DNA from: an uncultured Bacilli bacterium
GTDB lineage: Bacteria > Bacillota_I > Bacilli_A > RF39 > UBA660
DNA: 64,000 nt
Assembly: GCA_947623685.1 (NCBI GenBank)
Contig: CANQHF010000004.1
Coordinates: 3,459 to 67,458, forward strand
Reading direction: 5' to 3'
In this document: positions 1-9,736 of the stretch, in pieces
How positions within the stretch are numbered: the first letter of the stretch is position 1
Layout of the letters: each line of letters starts with the position of its first letter
Program-made: the position numbers and the translations under genes
The notes under the pieces: generated by a model
Seen by the model: the letters and a program-made list of their open reading frames with translations, nothing else
Databases searched by the model: none
What the model was told of the DNA's origin: nothing

Positions 1-1
1 T

Positions 2-268
2 GATAAAGTTTATTGGTTTGAACCTATGTTTACTGATGCTAATTGCTATTATAGTGGTATACATGAATATAATAATATTTCTGAATTATTAAAAGACTTT
101 AAAAATAATTTTATTAAGTATTCTTTGTACAACAAAGCGATACAACCAAATTATGATATAAATAAATTTTATCTTTATAAATATACTAAACCAAAATATC
201 ATATAAATGGTCATGAAATGAGACGGCATATCGATAATAGTACCTTTATAAATATTGATAGTCTATAA
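2..268 (+). CDS. 3-prime end of an unidentified CDS entering from the left edge
   Basis: Frame open from base 2 to TAA 266-268; Tyr/Asn-rich tail, no family recognised. Confidence 0.3.
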   Translation, partial: DKVYWFEPMFTDANCYYSGIHEYNNISELLKDFKNNFIKYSLYNKAIQPNYDINKFYLYKYTKPKYHINGHEMRRHIDNSTFINIDSL

Positions 269-460
269 TTTTATTTAAGTAACAAGTAATAATAATTTAA
301 TATTAATAGTTTACAAAGAAAAAGGTTATTATAAAAATAAAAAAAATTAATTGAATAATATTTGCACAATATAACCTATTTTGATAAACCTAACTCAATC
401 AAGTATTACCAAATACTTTTACTACTTGGGTGTAAAACTCATATTCTATTCACTAAGTAA

Positions 461-487
461 AAAACCTTATAAGGGTTTTATTTTTTT
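461..487 (+). terminator. rho-independent terminator-like hairpin plus T-run
   Basis: AAAACCTTA/TAAGGGTTTT stem followed by T7; lies about 190 nt after the upstream stop. Confidence 0.4.
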
Positions 488-525
488 GATTATTATTGTA
501 TAATTAAGAAAAATAAGGAGTATGT

Positions 526-1662
526 ATGAAAAAGAATTTATTTTTTGTTTTTCTAATTCTGTTTTTAATTCCAATTAGCATTAAAGCAGCTTCGATTTCT
601 AATACGGAAGTTACCGGGAATTCTACCGCTTATATTAATGATACGATTAGTTTGACGTTTAACATAAAATTTCAAGGGATTACAAATCAAAATGATGGTT
701 TAGGAATCGGCGGAGTTTTATTTGAGTTTTCTTTTGATGATTCAATATTCTCTATTGTTGGAATTAATGAAAATAACAATTGGGAAACAATGGTGGGTAA
801 AGAAAATAATAAGTATTACGTTTTAAGTATCATTAGTGAAAATAATTCCCAAAATAAATGTATTGATGGGGTTTTATATTGTACGGATTATAGTGTTACT
901 TTGAAATTTTATTTAAATGACACTAGTAAAACAATCGCAGACTTTAAAATGGAAAGTGTGGAAACAGTATTATTTAAAATTAATTCAGATTATGAAGAAA
1001 AAGATGCCATAACCATTAAAAGTAATACCATAAAAACTCATAACGTAAACATAAGTAATGATAAACATTCAGCTGCTGCGCCACCACCAAGCATTGTAAC
1101 GGAAAGTAAAGTAACTGACGTTGTATCTAAAGCAGAATCAAAGGTATCAAATTCACAAAAAAGTAATAACAACAATAATTCATCAAAAACAACTTCTAAA
1201 ACTGAAACCACAACAACTAAGAAAACAGATGCTGAAAACAATAATTTAAGTTCGCTTGAAATAGAAAATTATAAAATAAAGTTTGATAAAGAAAAATTAA
1301 ATTATAGTATAAAGCTAAACAAACCAATAAACAAGCTTAAGATAAAAGCTGTTGCAGAAGACTTAGATGCATCGGTTAAAATTATCGGTGATGAAGATTT
1401 AAGTTCTAACGACTATAAAGTTCAAGTAATAGTTACATCACAAAATGGTAAAAAGAAAGTATATACTATAAAAGTTAATTATGCCAAAGGCGTTAAATTA
1501 AAGAAGAGTCATAAAATCAAATTTAAGATTACTAAAAAAATAATTAAAATAACTTTAATTGGATTATTAATTATTTTTGTAGTTGGAATTATTATATTTT
1601 TTATATCAAGAAAAAAAGATAAAAAGTTAGATAAAATGTTAAATGACCTTGATAAATTTTAA
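526..1662 (+). CDS. cell-surface protein: signal peptide, cohesin-like N-domain, Ser/Thr/Asn linker, cadherin-like beta-sandwich, C-terminal membrane anchor
   Basis: AGGAG RBS upstream; MKKNLFFVFLILFLIPISIKA signal; NNLSSLEIENYKIKF...YTIKV module; hydrophobic LIGLLIIFVVGIIIFFI near the C-terminus. Confidence 0.6.
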   Translation: MKKNLFFVFLILFLIPISIKAASISNTEVTGNSTAYINDTISLTFNIKFQGITNQNDGLGIGGVLFEFSFDDSIFSIVGINENNNWETMVGKENNKYYVLSIISENNSQNKCIDGVLYCTDYSVTLKFYLNDTSKTIADFKMESVETVLFKINSDYEEKDAITIKSNTIKTHNVNISNDKHSAAAPPPSIVTESKVTDVVSKAESKVSNSQKSNNNNNSSKTTSKTETTTTKKTDAENNNLSSLEIENYKIKFDKEKLNYSIKLNKPINKLKIKAVAEDLDASVKIIGDEDLSSNDYKVQVIVTSQNGKKKVYTIKVNYAKGVKLKKSHKIKFKITKKIIKITLIGLLIIFVVGIIIFFISRKKDKKLDKMLNDLDKF

Positions 1663-1712
1663 ACATTATAAAATATCATATTAATCACCTTGTTAAAATA
1701 ATATTTAATGAG

Positions 1713-2711
1713 GTGTTTTTTTTGAAGAAAGTATTAATTTTATTTGGTGGAAATTCAAGTGAACATTATGTTTCTTGTAAATCTGCCAAAAACATTATTC
1801 AAAATATTAATAAAAGATTGTTTGAATACGAAATAGCAGGTATAACACATGATAATAGATGGTATAAATTTAATGATGATTTATCATATTTAGATTATGG
1901 TGATTGGCAAGAAGCTAACACGCTAGAAATAGATAACGTAATAAGTTATTTAAAAAAATTTGATGTTGTGTTTCCCATTATTCATGGTAGTTTTGGGGAA
2001 GATGGTAAATTGCAAGGACTATTAGATTCATTTAATATAAAATACGTTGGGTGTAAAACTTTAGCAAGTGCAATAGGAATGGATAAAGGTATGTCAAAAC
2101 TTGTTTTTAAAAGCATTGAAATACCACAAGTTCCTTATGTCGTTATTGAAAATAACTATAAAGTAGATAGTATTATTAATGAATTGTCATTTCCTTTGAT
2201 TGTTAAACCTGCTAATGGGGGTTCATCAATAGGAATAAATAAGGCAGATAATAAAAAAGAACTAATAAAAGCAATAAAAGAAGCTAAAAAATATGATAGT
2301 AAAATAATAATTGAAAAATTTATCAAAGCAAGAGAACTAGAAGTAGCAGTATTAGAAGATGGTAATAACATAATATGTTCTACCATTGGAGAGATAAATG
2401 CCGCTAACGAATTTTATGATTATGATGCAAAGTATGTAAATGAAGCATCCTATACTACCATTGTTGACGATTTAAAAAAAGAGATAGTGGACAAAATAAA
2501 ATCTTATGCGGTAAAAATATTTAAAACTTTAGGATGCAAAGGATATGCTAGAATTGATTTTTTCTATGATAATGAAAACGATGATATATTCATCAATGAA
2601 ATAAATACGATTCCTGGTTTCACATCAATTAGTATGTATCCAAAACTAATGGAAAATGAAGGTATTAATTTTTCTGAATTAATAACTACATTGATAAATA
2701 ACGCATTATAA
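1713..2711 (+). CDS. ddl: D-alanine--D-alanine ligase
   Basis: LILFGGNSSEHYVS N-terminus; ATP-grasp motifs GGSSIGI and EINTIPGFT. True start probably TTG 1722, 6 nt after GAGGTG. Confidence 0.9.
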   Translation: MFFLKKVLILFGGNSSEHYVSCKSAKNIIQNINKRLFEYEIAGITHDNRWYKFNDDLSYLDYGDWQEANTLEIDNVISYLKKFDVVFPIIHGSFGEDGKLQGLLDSFNIKYVGCKTLASAIGMDKGMSKLVFKSIEIPQVPYVVIENNYKVDSIINELSFPLIVKPANGGSSIGINKADNKKELIKAIKEAKKYDSKIIIEKFIKARELEVAVLEDGNNIICSTIGEINAANEFYDYDAKYVNEASYTTIVDDLKKEIVDKIKSYAVKIFKTLGCKGYARIDFFYDNENDDIFINEINTIPGFTSISMYPKLMENEGINFSELITTLINNAL

Positions 2712-2729
2712 AATAAGATTTTTAAATCC

Positions 2730-2750
2730 AACATTTCGAATGTTTTTTTC
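2730..2750 (+). terminator. ddl terminator
   Basis: AACATT-TCG-AATGTT hairpin followed by T-run. Confidence 0.6.
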
Positions 2751-2969
2751 TATTTTAGTATTTTGTTTATTACTTAAATGCTCTTCTTAGAATATATATA
2801 GGTATATATATATTCTAATTCTTTTTTCATAGTATCACATATCATCATACAATAAATTGTTATAATTTTTATGTTTAAATATGTCATTTATATGTTATAA
2901 TTAATTTGATTAAAGGGCTAGTACAGACTTTGTTTGTATTAGTTTTTTTGTTATAAAGGAGTATTATAA

Positions 2970-3755
2970 GTGAGAAAAGTAGTAAGATGTTTATTTTTAG
3001 GAGCTTTAATTTTTGTAATTCCAATATTATTAGTATCAGCACATCCAGGAAGGACAGACTCAAATGGTTGTCACACTTGTAGAACAAATTGTGCCAAATG
3101 GGGGCTTTCAAATGGACAGTATCATTGTCATAACGGTGGCAGCACTCCATCTAGTAATTCTAGAATCTATAATACAACTACCAAAACAACAACCACAACA
3201 ACCGTAAGACATATTTATGGATGTATGGATAACGGTGCGATAAATTATAATGCTAATGCGAATATATCAGATGGGACTTGTAGATACGAAAAAACAGAAA
3301 CTGTTACTGAAACTATCTATTATGACACAAAAATCGAAGGAAATAATACGATTGGTAATAAAAAAGTGGTGCAAGATGGAAAAAATGGAGAAAAACAAGT
3401 AATTGTTAAAAAAATAGTTGATGAGTCAGATAATGAAATATCAAAAGAAACTATTTCTGAAAATATTATTACAAAGCCAGTTAATGAAATTGTTATTTAT
3501 GATGGCAAAACGACCAAGGCACAAACAAGTAATAGTGATGAAGAAAGTGATTGTTCGTTTTTAATAGTTACAATAATAGTACTAATAATAAATGTTATTT
3601 ATGGTAATAAAAATAAAAATGCTAAACTTATAATAAATCAGATAAAAAAACTAAATCCGTCACTTAGATATATTTTATATTTTTTATACTTTATAACAAT
3701 AATACCGGCATTTATAGATATAGTATTGATAATAATAGACTATTTTAAAAAATAG
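2970..3755 (+). CDS. secreted/membrane protein with HPGRTD..GCH..YHCH (YHYH-type) motif and a G5 domain
   Basis: GTG start 8 nt after AAAGGAG; signal-like N-terminus; HPGRTDSNGCHTCRTNC...GQYHCHNGG; G5-like VVQDGKNGEKQVIVKKIVDE...PVNEIVIYDG; hydrophobic C-terminus. Confidence 0.55.
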   Translation: MRKVVRCLFLGALIFVIPILLVSAHPGRTDSNGCHTCRTNCAKWGLSNGQYHCHNGGSTPSSNSRIYNTTTKTTTTTTVRHIYGCMDNGAINYNANANISDGTCRYEKTETVTETIYYDTKIEGNNTIGNKKVVQDGKNGEKQVIVKKIVDESDNEISKETISENIITKPVNEIVIYDGKTTKAQTSNSDEESDCSFLIVTIIVLIINVIYGNKNKNAKLIINQIKKLNPSLRYILYFLYFITIIPAFIDIVLIIIDYFKK

Positions 3756-3813
3756 ATAAGACTTGCTTAAAATATGGCAAGTTTTTTTGATATAATTATA
3801 TCGGTGAATATTT

Positions 3814-4506
3814 ATGAAATTTTATACTTATGAAATTAATAATAAGGTAGAGAAAATAAAAACTGGAAATCATACTTCTTTTTTAGATGCTAAAAAATTA
3901 AAGTTAGTCACATCTAAATTAAAAAAGGATGAATATGAAATTTATTATCCTTATCCAGATAGTGAAAAAGTAATTTTATACAAAGATAAAGCCCCAGAAG
4001 TTACGCTTTTTAAAATTAATGCCGCGGAAAACTTAAAACATCAAGAGATACTAGGAAGTTTATTTGCTTTAAACATAGATTCATCTTGTTTTGGTGACAT
4101 TGTTTTGTACGAAAATAATTTTTATATATTTATTATCAAAGAATTATCAGCATACGTAAAAAATAATTTAAATATGATAGGTAAAAATAAAATTAGCTTA
4201 GAAGAAGTGGATGCAAACACATTAAAAAATTATCAAAGGAATTATGAAGAATATGAAATGATAATATCTAGCATTAGAATAGATAACGTTGTTTCATCTA
4301 TTATTAATTCATCAAGAAATAAAGCGATAGATAAAATTAAAAATAAAGAAGTAATCGTTAATTATGAGATAGTAACTAAAAACTCATATATGCTTAAAGA
4401 AAACGATGTTTTTAGTATAAGAAGATATGGTAAATATAAATTTATTGGTATAATTAAAAATACCAAGAAAAATAATTATGTTGTTAAATATCTAAAGTAT
4501 TTATAA
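3814..4506 (+). CDS. YlmH-like RNA-binding protein with C-terminal S4 domain
   Basis: S4-like IRIDNVVSSIINSSRNKAIDKIKNKEVIVNYEIV near the C-terminus; size and layout as in YlmH. Confidence 0.55.
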   Translation: MKFYTYEINNKVEKIKTGNHTSFLDAKKLKLVTSKLKKDEYEIYYPYPDSEKVILYKDKAPEVTLFKINAAENLKHQEILGSLFALNIDSSCFGDIVLYENNFYIFIIKELSAYVKNNLNMIGKNKISLEEVDANTLKNYQRNYEEYEMIISSIRIDNVVSSIINSSRNKAIDKIKNKEVIVNYEIVTKNSYMLKENDVFSIRRYGKYKFIGIIKNTKKNNYVVKYLKYL

Positions 4507-4548
4507 TTACTTTGTTATAATTTTACTTAAAGGATTGGAGAAGAAAAG

Positions 4549-5493
4549 ATGAAAATATTAATTTTTACCCATAAAAGTGATATAGATGGTATGGGTGGTG
4601 CGGTTTTAGCAAGTCTTGCGTTTGATAATATAGATTACGTATTATGCGAGACATTTAACCTTCAAGAAGAAATTCAAAAATATTTTGATTCTAAAAAGAT
4701 ATATGATTATGATATGATTTATGTAACAGATTTATGGCTTGAAGAACCGATGCTTACAAGAATAGCAGAAGATGAAAAATTAAAAGATAAATTCTTGATA
4801 TTTGATCATCACGAATCAGCATTAACTAATGGATTAAATAAGTATGATTTTGTTAATATTAAAATATCAGATGAAAAAGGCAAATGCTCTGGCACATCTT
4901 TATTTTATCAATATTTAAAGAAAAATAAATTATTAATTGATCGTAAAGATGTTTATGATTTTGTAGAGTTAACAAGAAGGTATGATACCTGGGAGTGGAA
5001 AAATATATATGATGATGAAATGGCTCATAATCTTACCCTATTATTTGATGCGGTAGGTAAAGAAGGTTACATAAAACTTATGATAGATAAACTTTCTAAC
5101 AAAAAGAATAATTTTTCTTTTAGCGAGTTAGAAAAAATGCTAATAGAAAATAAAAAAAATCAAGTAAAAGCTAAACTAGAAGAATACTATAAAAAGATGA
5201 TTATAAAAGAAGTTTTAGGGTATAAGGCTGGAATTATATTCATAGATTATGAATATAGAAATGATTTAGCGGAGTATGTAAGAAATAAAAAAGAAAACAT
5301 AGATTTATTAATAATGCCATCTTTTGATTATGGAACAATATCATATAGAAGAATAAAAACTGATTTTAAGGTAAGACAAATAGCAGAATATTTTGGTGGA
5401 AGAGGTCATGATTATGCTGCTTCTAGTCCAATTTTTAAAGATACTGAAAATGATGTTATATCACTTTTATTAACAAAAAGGTATGATGTTTAA
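4549..5493 (+). CDS. DHH-family phosphoesterase
   Basis: DIDGMGGA, IFDHHES (DHH) and GGRGHDYAAS (DHHA1-like) motifs. Confidence 0.7.
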   Translation: MKILIFTHKSDIDGMGGAVLASLAFDNIDYVLCETFNLQEEIQKYFDSKKIYDYDMIYVTDLWLEEPMLTRIAEDEKLKDKFLIFDHHESALTNGLNKYDFVNIKISDEKGKCSGTSLFYQYLKKNKLLIDRKDVYDFVELTRRYDTWEWKNIYDDEMAHNLTLLFDAVGKEGYIKLMIDKLSNKKNNFSFSELEKMLIENKKNQVKAKLEEYYKKMIIKEVLGYKAGIIFIDYEYRNDLAEYVRNKKENIDLLIMPSFDYGTISYRRIKTDFKVRQIAEYFGGRGHDYAASSPIFKDTENDVISLLLTKRYDV

Positions 5494-5503
5494 CACTTAT
5501 AAA

Positions 5504-6247
5504 TTAAGTTTCATCATCCTTTTTAATTATTTTTAAAATTTTATTTTTAGTAAATAAATCTGTTGATATAATTTTTATACTCCCATTTTCTTTATTTATA
5601 TTATTTTCTAATAAACTTTTAACTCTATTTGCAATACCTATGCTACCATCAATAAATATAACATTACCTAATATTTCTTTTATTTCATCCTTAACAAGCG
5701 GGAAATGGCTGCACCCAAGTACAACAACTTCCGTACCTTTATAATCTTTTAAAATTTTTTTTAAATAAGGATATGTATTTTTATTATTTTCAATTAAACT
5801 TGCTAATAATGGAGCTTTAATTAAAGTTGTGTTATCTGTTTTATAATTATTAAAAAGCATTTTAAATCTTTTGCTTTCACCAGTAGCTTTAGTCGTCAAA
5901 ATGATTGTTTTTTTATCTTGATATTTATCGTGTATAACTTTAACAGCGGGTTCTGTTCCAACGAAAATTATGTTAGGGTATTTTTTTCTAATTTTATTTA
6001 ATACTACTTCAGTCATAGTGTTGCATGCACAAACAATTAATTTAGGATTATATTTTATCAAATTATCAATGTTATTACTTGCTATTTTAAAAAGCTCTTT
6101 TTTTGTTTTATTTCCATACGGGTTATTTTTACTATCAGCATAATATACGTAATTTTCATTTGGCAAAAGTTTAATTACTTCTTTTAATATTGTTGCGCCA
6201 CCAATTCCAGAATCAAAAAAACATATTGGATTATTACTCATTAACAA
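5504..6247 (-). CDS. murI: glutamate racemase
   Basis: FFDSGIGG, VCACNT and VLGCSHFP catalytic-Cys motifs. Confidence 0.9.
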   Translation of the reverse strand: MLMSNNPICFFDSGIGGATILKEVIKLLPNENYVYYADSKNNPYGNKTKKELFKIASNNIDNLIKYNPKLIVCACNTMTEVVLNKIRKKYPNIIFVGTEPAVKVIHDKYQDKKTIILTTKATGESKRFKMLFNNYKTDNTTLIKAPLLASLIENNKNTYPYLKKILKDYKGTEVVVLGCSHFPLVKDEIKEILGNVIFIDGSIGIANRVKSLLENNINKENGSIKIISTDLFTKNKILKIIKKDDET

Positions 6248-6298
6248 ACACCCCTTATTAATAATATGTAATTACTTTGTTCATAATAAAAAGAAATT

Positions 6299-7390
6299 CT
6301 AATTTATAGAATTTCTTTTTTCTTCAATTATTTTTTTATTGTTTAGTAATCTTTTGTCATTAGGGTTCATTTCTATGGCCTTGTTTACCCAATTTATTGA
6401 TTCATCTAAATTTCCCAAGTAAAAGTCACATATTGATAGAAGGTCGTATACTGTGTTATTCCAACTAAAAGGTTCATTAATATATGTTTTAGCATGATTT
6501 TTTATTTCTAAGGCTTTTAATGCATACTTTTTTGATTCATCAAAGCAATTTAATTCATATTCAAGGATTGCTCTTTCAACATAAGGATCCCTTAAATAAG
6601 GAGCTTCATTAATTGCCTTATTAAGCCACATTCTAGATTCTTCATATCTTTTTAAATATTTATAACATCTTGCTATAAATCTCATGGAGGCACACCTTTC
6701 GTCTTTCCATGTTGCGTTTTTTAATGAAAGGTGCTTTATTAAAGTATCTATGGCATCGTTATACCTTCCATAAAACATGTATTCCCTTCCTAAGTAATGC
6801 ATGTTTCTATCATCTAATGGATCTTCTTTTACGGAAAGTTCTAAAAGAGGTAAGTAACTGCTTCTTGATTTGCTACTATCTGGATAATGATCAAGTGTTA
6901 TTTCATCAGTTGTTTTCCATATTTCTTTTTTTCCATTAAAACGTAATACTTCATGAACGGGATGAATCCATTTGAAATTTTTCCTTGCGTGTATTTTTTC
7001 AATGTAAAAGTTAACTAATGGTTTCCCTTTTTCATCATGACTCCAATTATAGTTATATCTTAAATGATTAACGCCATCTTCCCATAATGATTCAAGTTTT
7101 TTTCTCCAACCAGGATTAAAAACTTCATCTAAATCAGTACATACACATATATCACAATCGTTTGGCACTAATGCCAATGATTCGTTTCTAGCAACGTCAA
7201 ATCGCCACGGAGTTATTTTTTTTAACGTTACTTTAGCACCTAATTTTTTTAAGATTTCAACCGTTTTATCAGTAGAACCAGTATCTAAAACGTATACTTC
7301 ATCCGCTTCTTTCATGGATTCGTACCATCTTTTAGCAAATTTTTCTTCGTTTTTACTTATTGCGTAAACACAAACTTTTTTATTTTTCAT
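6299..7390 (-). CDS. family-2 glycosyltransferase fused to TPR repeats, apparently cotranscribed with the collagen-like gene
   Basis: KVCVYAISKNEE...VLDTGSTDKT GT-A N-terminus; DLDE motif; C-terminal TPR-like repeats. ATG 7390 preferred over GTG 7399 on RBS spacing. Lies 36-45 nt downstream of the collagen-like stop with no terminator. Confidence 0.7.
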   Translation of the reverse strand: MKNKKVCVYAISKNEEKFAKRWYESMKEADEVYVLDTGSTDKTVEILKKLGAKVTLKKITPWRFDVARNESLALVPNDCDICVCTDLDEVFNPGWRKKLESLWEDGVNHLRYNYNWSHDEKGKPLVNFYIEKIHARKNFKWIHPVHEVLRFNGKKEIWKTTDEITLDHYPDSSKSRSSYLPLLELSVKEDPLDDRNMHYLGREYMFYGRYNDAIDTLIKHLSLKNATWKDERCASMRFIARCYKYLKRYEESRMWLNKAINEAPYLRDPYVERAILEYELNCFDESKKYALKALEIKNHAKTYINEPFSWNNTVYDLLSICDFYLGNLDESINWVNKAIEMNPNDKRLLNNKKIIEEKRNSIN

Positions 7391-7435
7391 AATAAGCACA
7401 ATCCCTTCATTTATTTATATGAATATAATATTTTT

Positions 7436-8728
7436 TTATCCTAGATATTGAATGGTAATGGTAACAAGTGGATTAACTAGATATGAATCTGATGTTATTT
7501 CATCTATTAACGGGGTATTTAAAGTAAGATTAGATTTTGATAAATTAACAAATTCCATTTTTTCCCCAACGTTACCTATTACAAATAAACCTTGACCAAC
7601 TATTGGTGATGAAACACTTTCTCCATACCATAAACTTCCGCCAGCATAAACGGTAGGATGACCAACTTTTTTAAAACCAACCGCTGCTATGTTAGCTAAA
7701 CTAACTACGTTTGAATGGTAAGTATTTACAACAAAATCTATTTTATATACTCCAGTTACGTTAAAAGAAATTGTGTTTTCATTTGTATCTACGCTGCATA
7801 AATTAGCATTATCATAAGTTTTTGCACTAAGAGGTAATCTTTGACCAGATGAAACGGTATAACCAGAAGGATAGTTGTTATTATAAGTAGTTATATATGC
7901 TGCTTTAATTTCATATACACCTTGTTCCCCTGGAACGCCTTGCGGTCCTTGCGGGCCTTGAATTCCTTGCTCACCTTGTGGACCTTGCAATCCTCTTTCG
8001 CCTTGCGGACCTGGAATACCTTGCTCTCCTTGTTCGCCTTTATCTCCCTTAGGACCAACTTCGCCTTGCGGGCCACGTATTACTCCAACGTCTTTCCACT
8101 GCCCATCTTCATTAGACCATACATATAAATTTGATCCAACTAAATAAGAATCACCGGGATTACCTTTAGGATGAGCATCTTGTAATTCTAAAACGTTATC
8201 ATATGATCCTAAAATAGTTACGCTTGTACCAGCTGGTCCAGTTGGACCGACATCTCCTTTAAGTCCTTGCTCTCCTTGATCACCTTTATCACCTTTAGGA
8301 CCTTGATCTCCTTGCACGCCTTGCGGACCTGTTGAACCCATTGGCCCTTGATCTCCTTGCGGACCTTGAATTCCTTGTGGACCAACATCTCCTTTAGGTC
8401 CTTTTATTGTTCCGATGTCTATCCACATATTTTCATCGTCTGACCATACGTACAAATCATCTCCTGCAACATAAGCATCATCTGGATTTCCAACGGGATG
8501 GATGTTTTCTAAATCATCTAAAGTATCATATGATCCTTTTATTGTGACTCCAGCTCCAACGGGTCCGGTTGGCCCTGTTGGTCCAATTGGCCCAATTGGT
8601 CCAGTTGGTCCAGTAGCTCCTGGTATATATCTTGGACAATTTTTCTTTTTATTTTTTAATTCAAATAACGCATCATTTAATATGTTACTTTCTTGACAGT
8701 GATTATCCACATCTTTTCCCCCTTTCAA
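7436..8728 (-). CDS. BclA-type collagen-like spore-surface glycoprotein candidate
   Basis: Three GXY tracts ([38 protein letters not shown]..., [19 protein letters not shown]...) separated by two copies of a ~50-aa globular insert, plus a ~160-aa beta-rich C-terminal domain. Probable true start GTG 8710, 7 nt after AAGGGGGA. Confidence 0.8.
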   Translation of the reverse strand: MKGGKDVDNHCQESNILNDALFELKNKKKNCPRYIPGATGPTGPIGPIGPTGPTGPVGAGVTIKGSYDTLDDLENIHPVGNPDDAYVAGDDLYVWSDDENMWIDIGTIKGPKGDVGPQGIQGPQGDQGPMGSTGPQGVQGDQGPKGDKGDQGEQGLKGDVGPTGPAGTSVTILGSYDNVLELQDAHPKGNPGDSYLVGSNLYVWSNEDGQWKDVGVIRGPQGEVGPKGDKGEQGEQGIPGPQGERGLQGPQGEQGIQGPQGPQGVPGEQGVYEIKAAYITTYNNNYPSGYTVSSGQRLPLSAKTYDNANLCSVDTNENTISFNVTGVYKIDFVVNTYHSNVVSLANIAAVGFKKVGHPTVYAGGSLWYGESVSSPIVGQGLFVIGNVGEKMEFVNLSKSNLTLNTPLIDEITSDSYLVNPLVTITIQYLG

Positions 8729-8730
8729 TT

Positions 8731-8739
8731 TATAATATG
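8731..8739 (-). promoter_or_regulatory. CATATTATA -10-like element (mother-cell sigK/sigE style) of collagen-like gene 1
   Basis: Minus strand reads CATATTATA, matching CATAnnnTA, 20 nt before GTG 8710. Conserved in position with 26305-26313. Confidence 0.4.
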
Positions 8740-8826
8740 AATTTTATTTTGCTTATCTTATTACGTTTGTTGCATATTGTTTTAAAATGTGCTATTATCT
8801 AGTTGCTATTTTAAGGGGATGAAGAT

Positions 8827-9675
8827 ATGCTAGAAATAATATTGGATACGCTATTAGACGCATTAAAAATTCTTCCGTTTTTATATGTTGCATTTTTAAT
8901 AATGGAATATATAGAACATAAATTTAGTAAAAAAAGTAAAAATAAAATAGCTAAAGAAGGTAAGTTTGGTCCATTATTTGGAAGCCTTTTAGGTGCTATT
9001 CCGCAATGTGGTTTTTCGGTTATGGCAACTAATCTTTATGGCACTAGAATAATAACTATGGGGACCTTAATCGCGATTTTTTTATCAACTTCTGATGAAA
9101 TGCTTCCTATCTTAATTTCCCATGGTTCTTCTTTTACCTTAATTTTAAAAATCCTAATTATTAAAATAATAATTGGAATGGTTGCAGGATTTATAATAGA
9201 TTTATTTTTAAGAAAAAAAAGCAAACCGAAGGATTATGAAATAAAGGACTTTTGCATAGAACAACATTGTGATTGTAACCATGGCATTTTTAAATCATCT
9301 TTTAAGCATACCATAAATATTATTTTATTTATAATTATCGTAACTTTTCTTTTAAATTTAGGAATTAATTATTTAGGAGAAGAAAACATTAGTAAAATAT
9401 TTTTAAAAGATAGTTTTTTAAGCCCGTTTATATCAAGTTTGATTGGTCTTATTCCTAATTGCGGTGCAAGCGTTATTATAACTGAGCTTTACTTAAAAGG
9501 AGTAATATCTTTTGCATCGTGCGTGTCAGGTCTTCTTACTGGTAGTGGTGTTGCTTTATTAGTTTTATTTAAAGTTAATAAAAACGTCAAAGAGAATTTT
9601 AAAATAATTTTATTATTATATTTAATAGGTGCTATATCAGGTACTTTAATTGAGTTTATAAATTATATACTATAA
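8827..9675 (+). CDS. polytopic membrane protein, ArsP_2-type putative permease
   Basis: Two-fold internal repeat with GAIPQCGFSV and GLIPNCGASV motifs; about 8-10 TM helices. Confidence 0.5.
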   Translation: MLEIILDTLLDALKILPFLYVAFLIMEYIEHKFSKKSKNKIAKEGKFGPLFGSLLGAIPQCGFSVMATNLYGTRIITMGTLIAIFLSTSDEMLPILISHGSSFTLILKILIIKIIIGMVAGFIIDLFLRKKSKPKDYEIKDFCIEQHCDCNHGIFKSSFKHTINIILFIIIVTFLLNLGINYLGEENISKIFLKDSFLSPFISSLIGLIPNCGASVIITELYLKGVISFASCVSGLLTGSGVALLVLFKVNKNVKENFKIILLLYLIGAISGTLIEFINYIL

Positions 9676-9736
9676 CAAAAAGTTAGCTTTTTCTTTAGCT
9701 AATTTTTTTGTTATAATTATAAAGGAGATGGTATTT

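Noticed and set aside
269-525. Possible sRNA between the first partial CDS and the surface-protein gene
   Set aside because: Hairpins (AAGTATT/AATACTT at about 401-418, terminator 461-487) are present, but I found no credible promoter. This is more simply a long 3-prime UTR and terminator of the upstream gene.
7891-8696. ORFs 7891-8076(-), 7922-8128(+) and 8502-8696(+) inside collagen-like gene 1
   Set aside because: They are alternative-frame or antisense readings of the GXY triplet repeat, which is stop-poor in several frames. They have no RBS and a low-complexity product.
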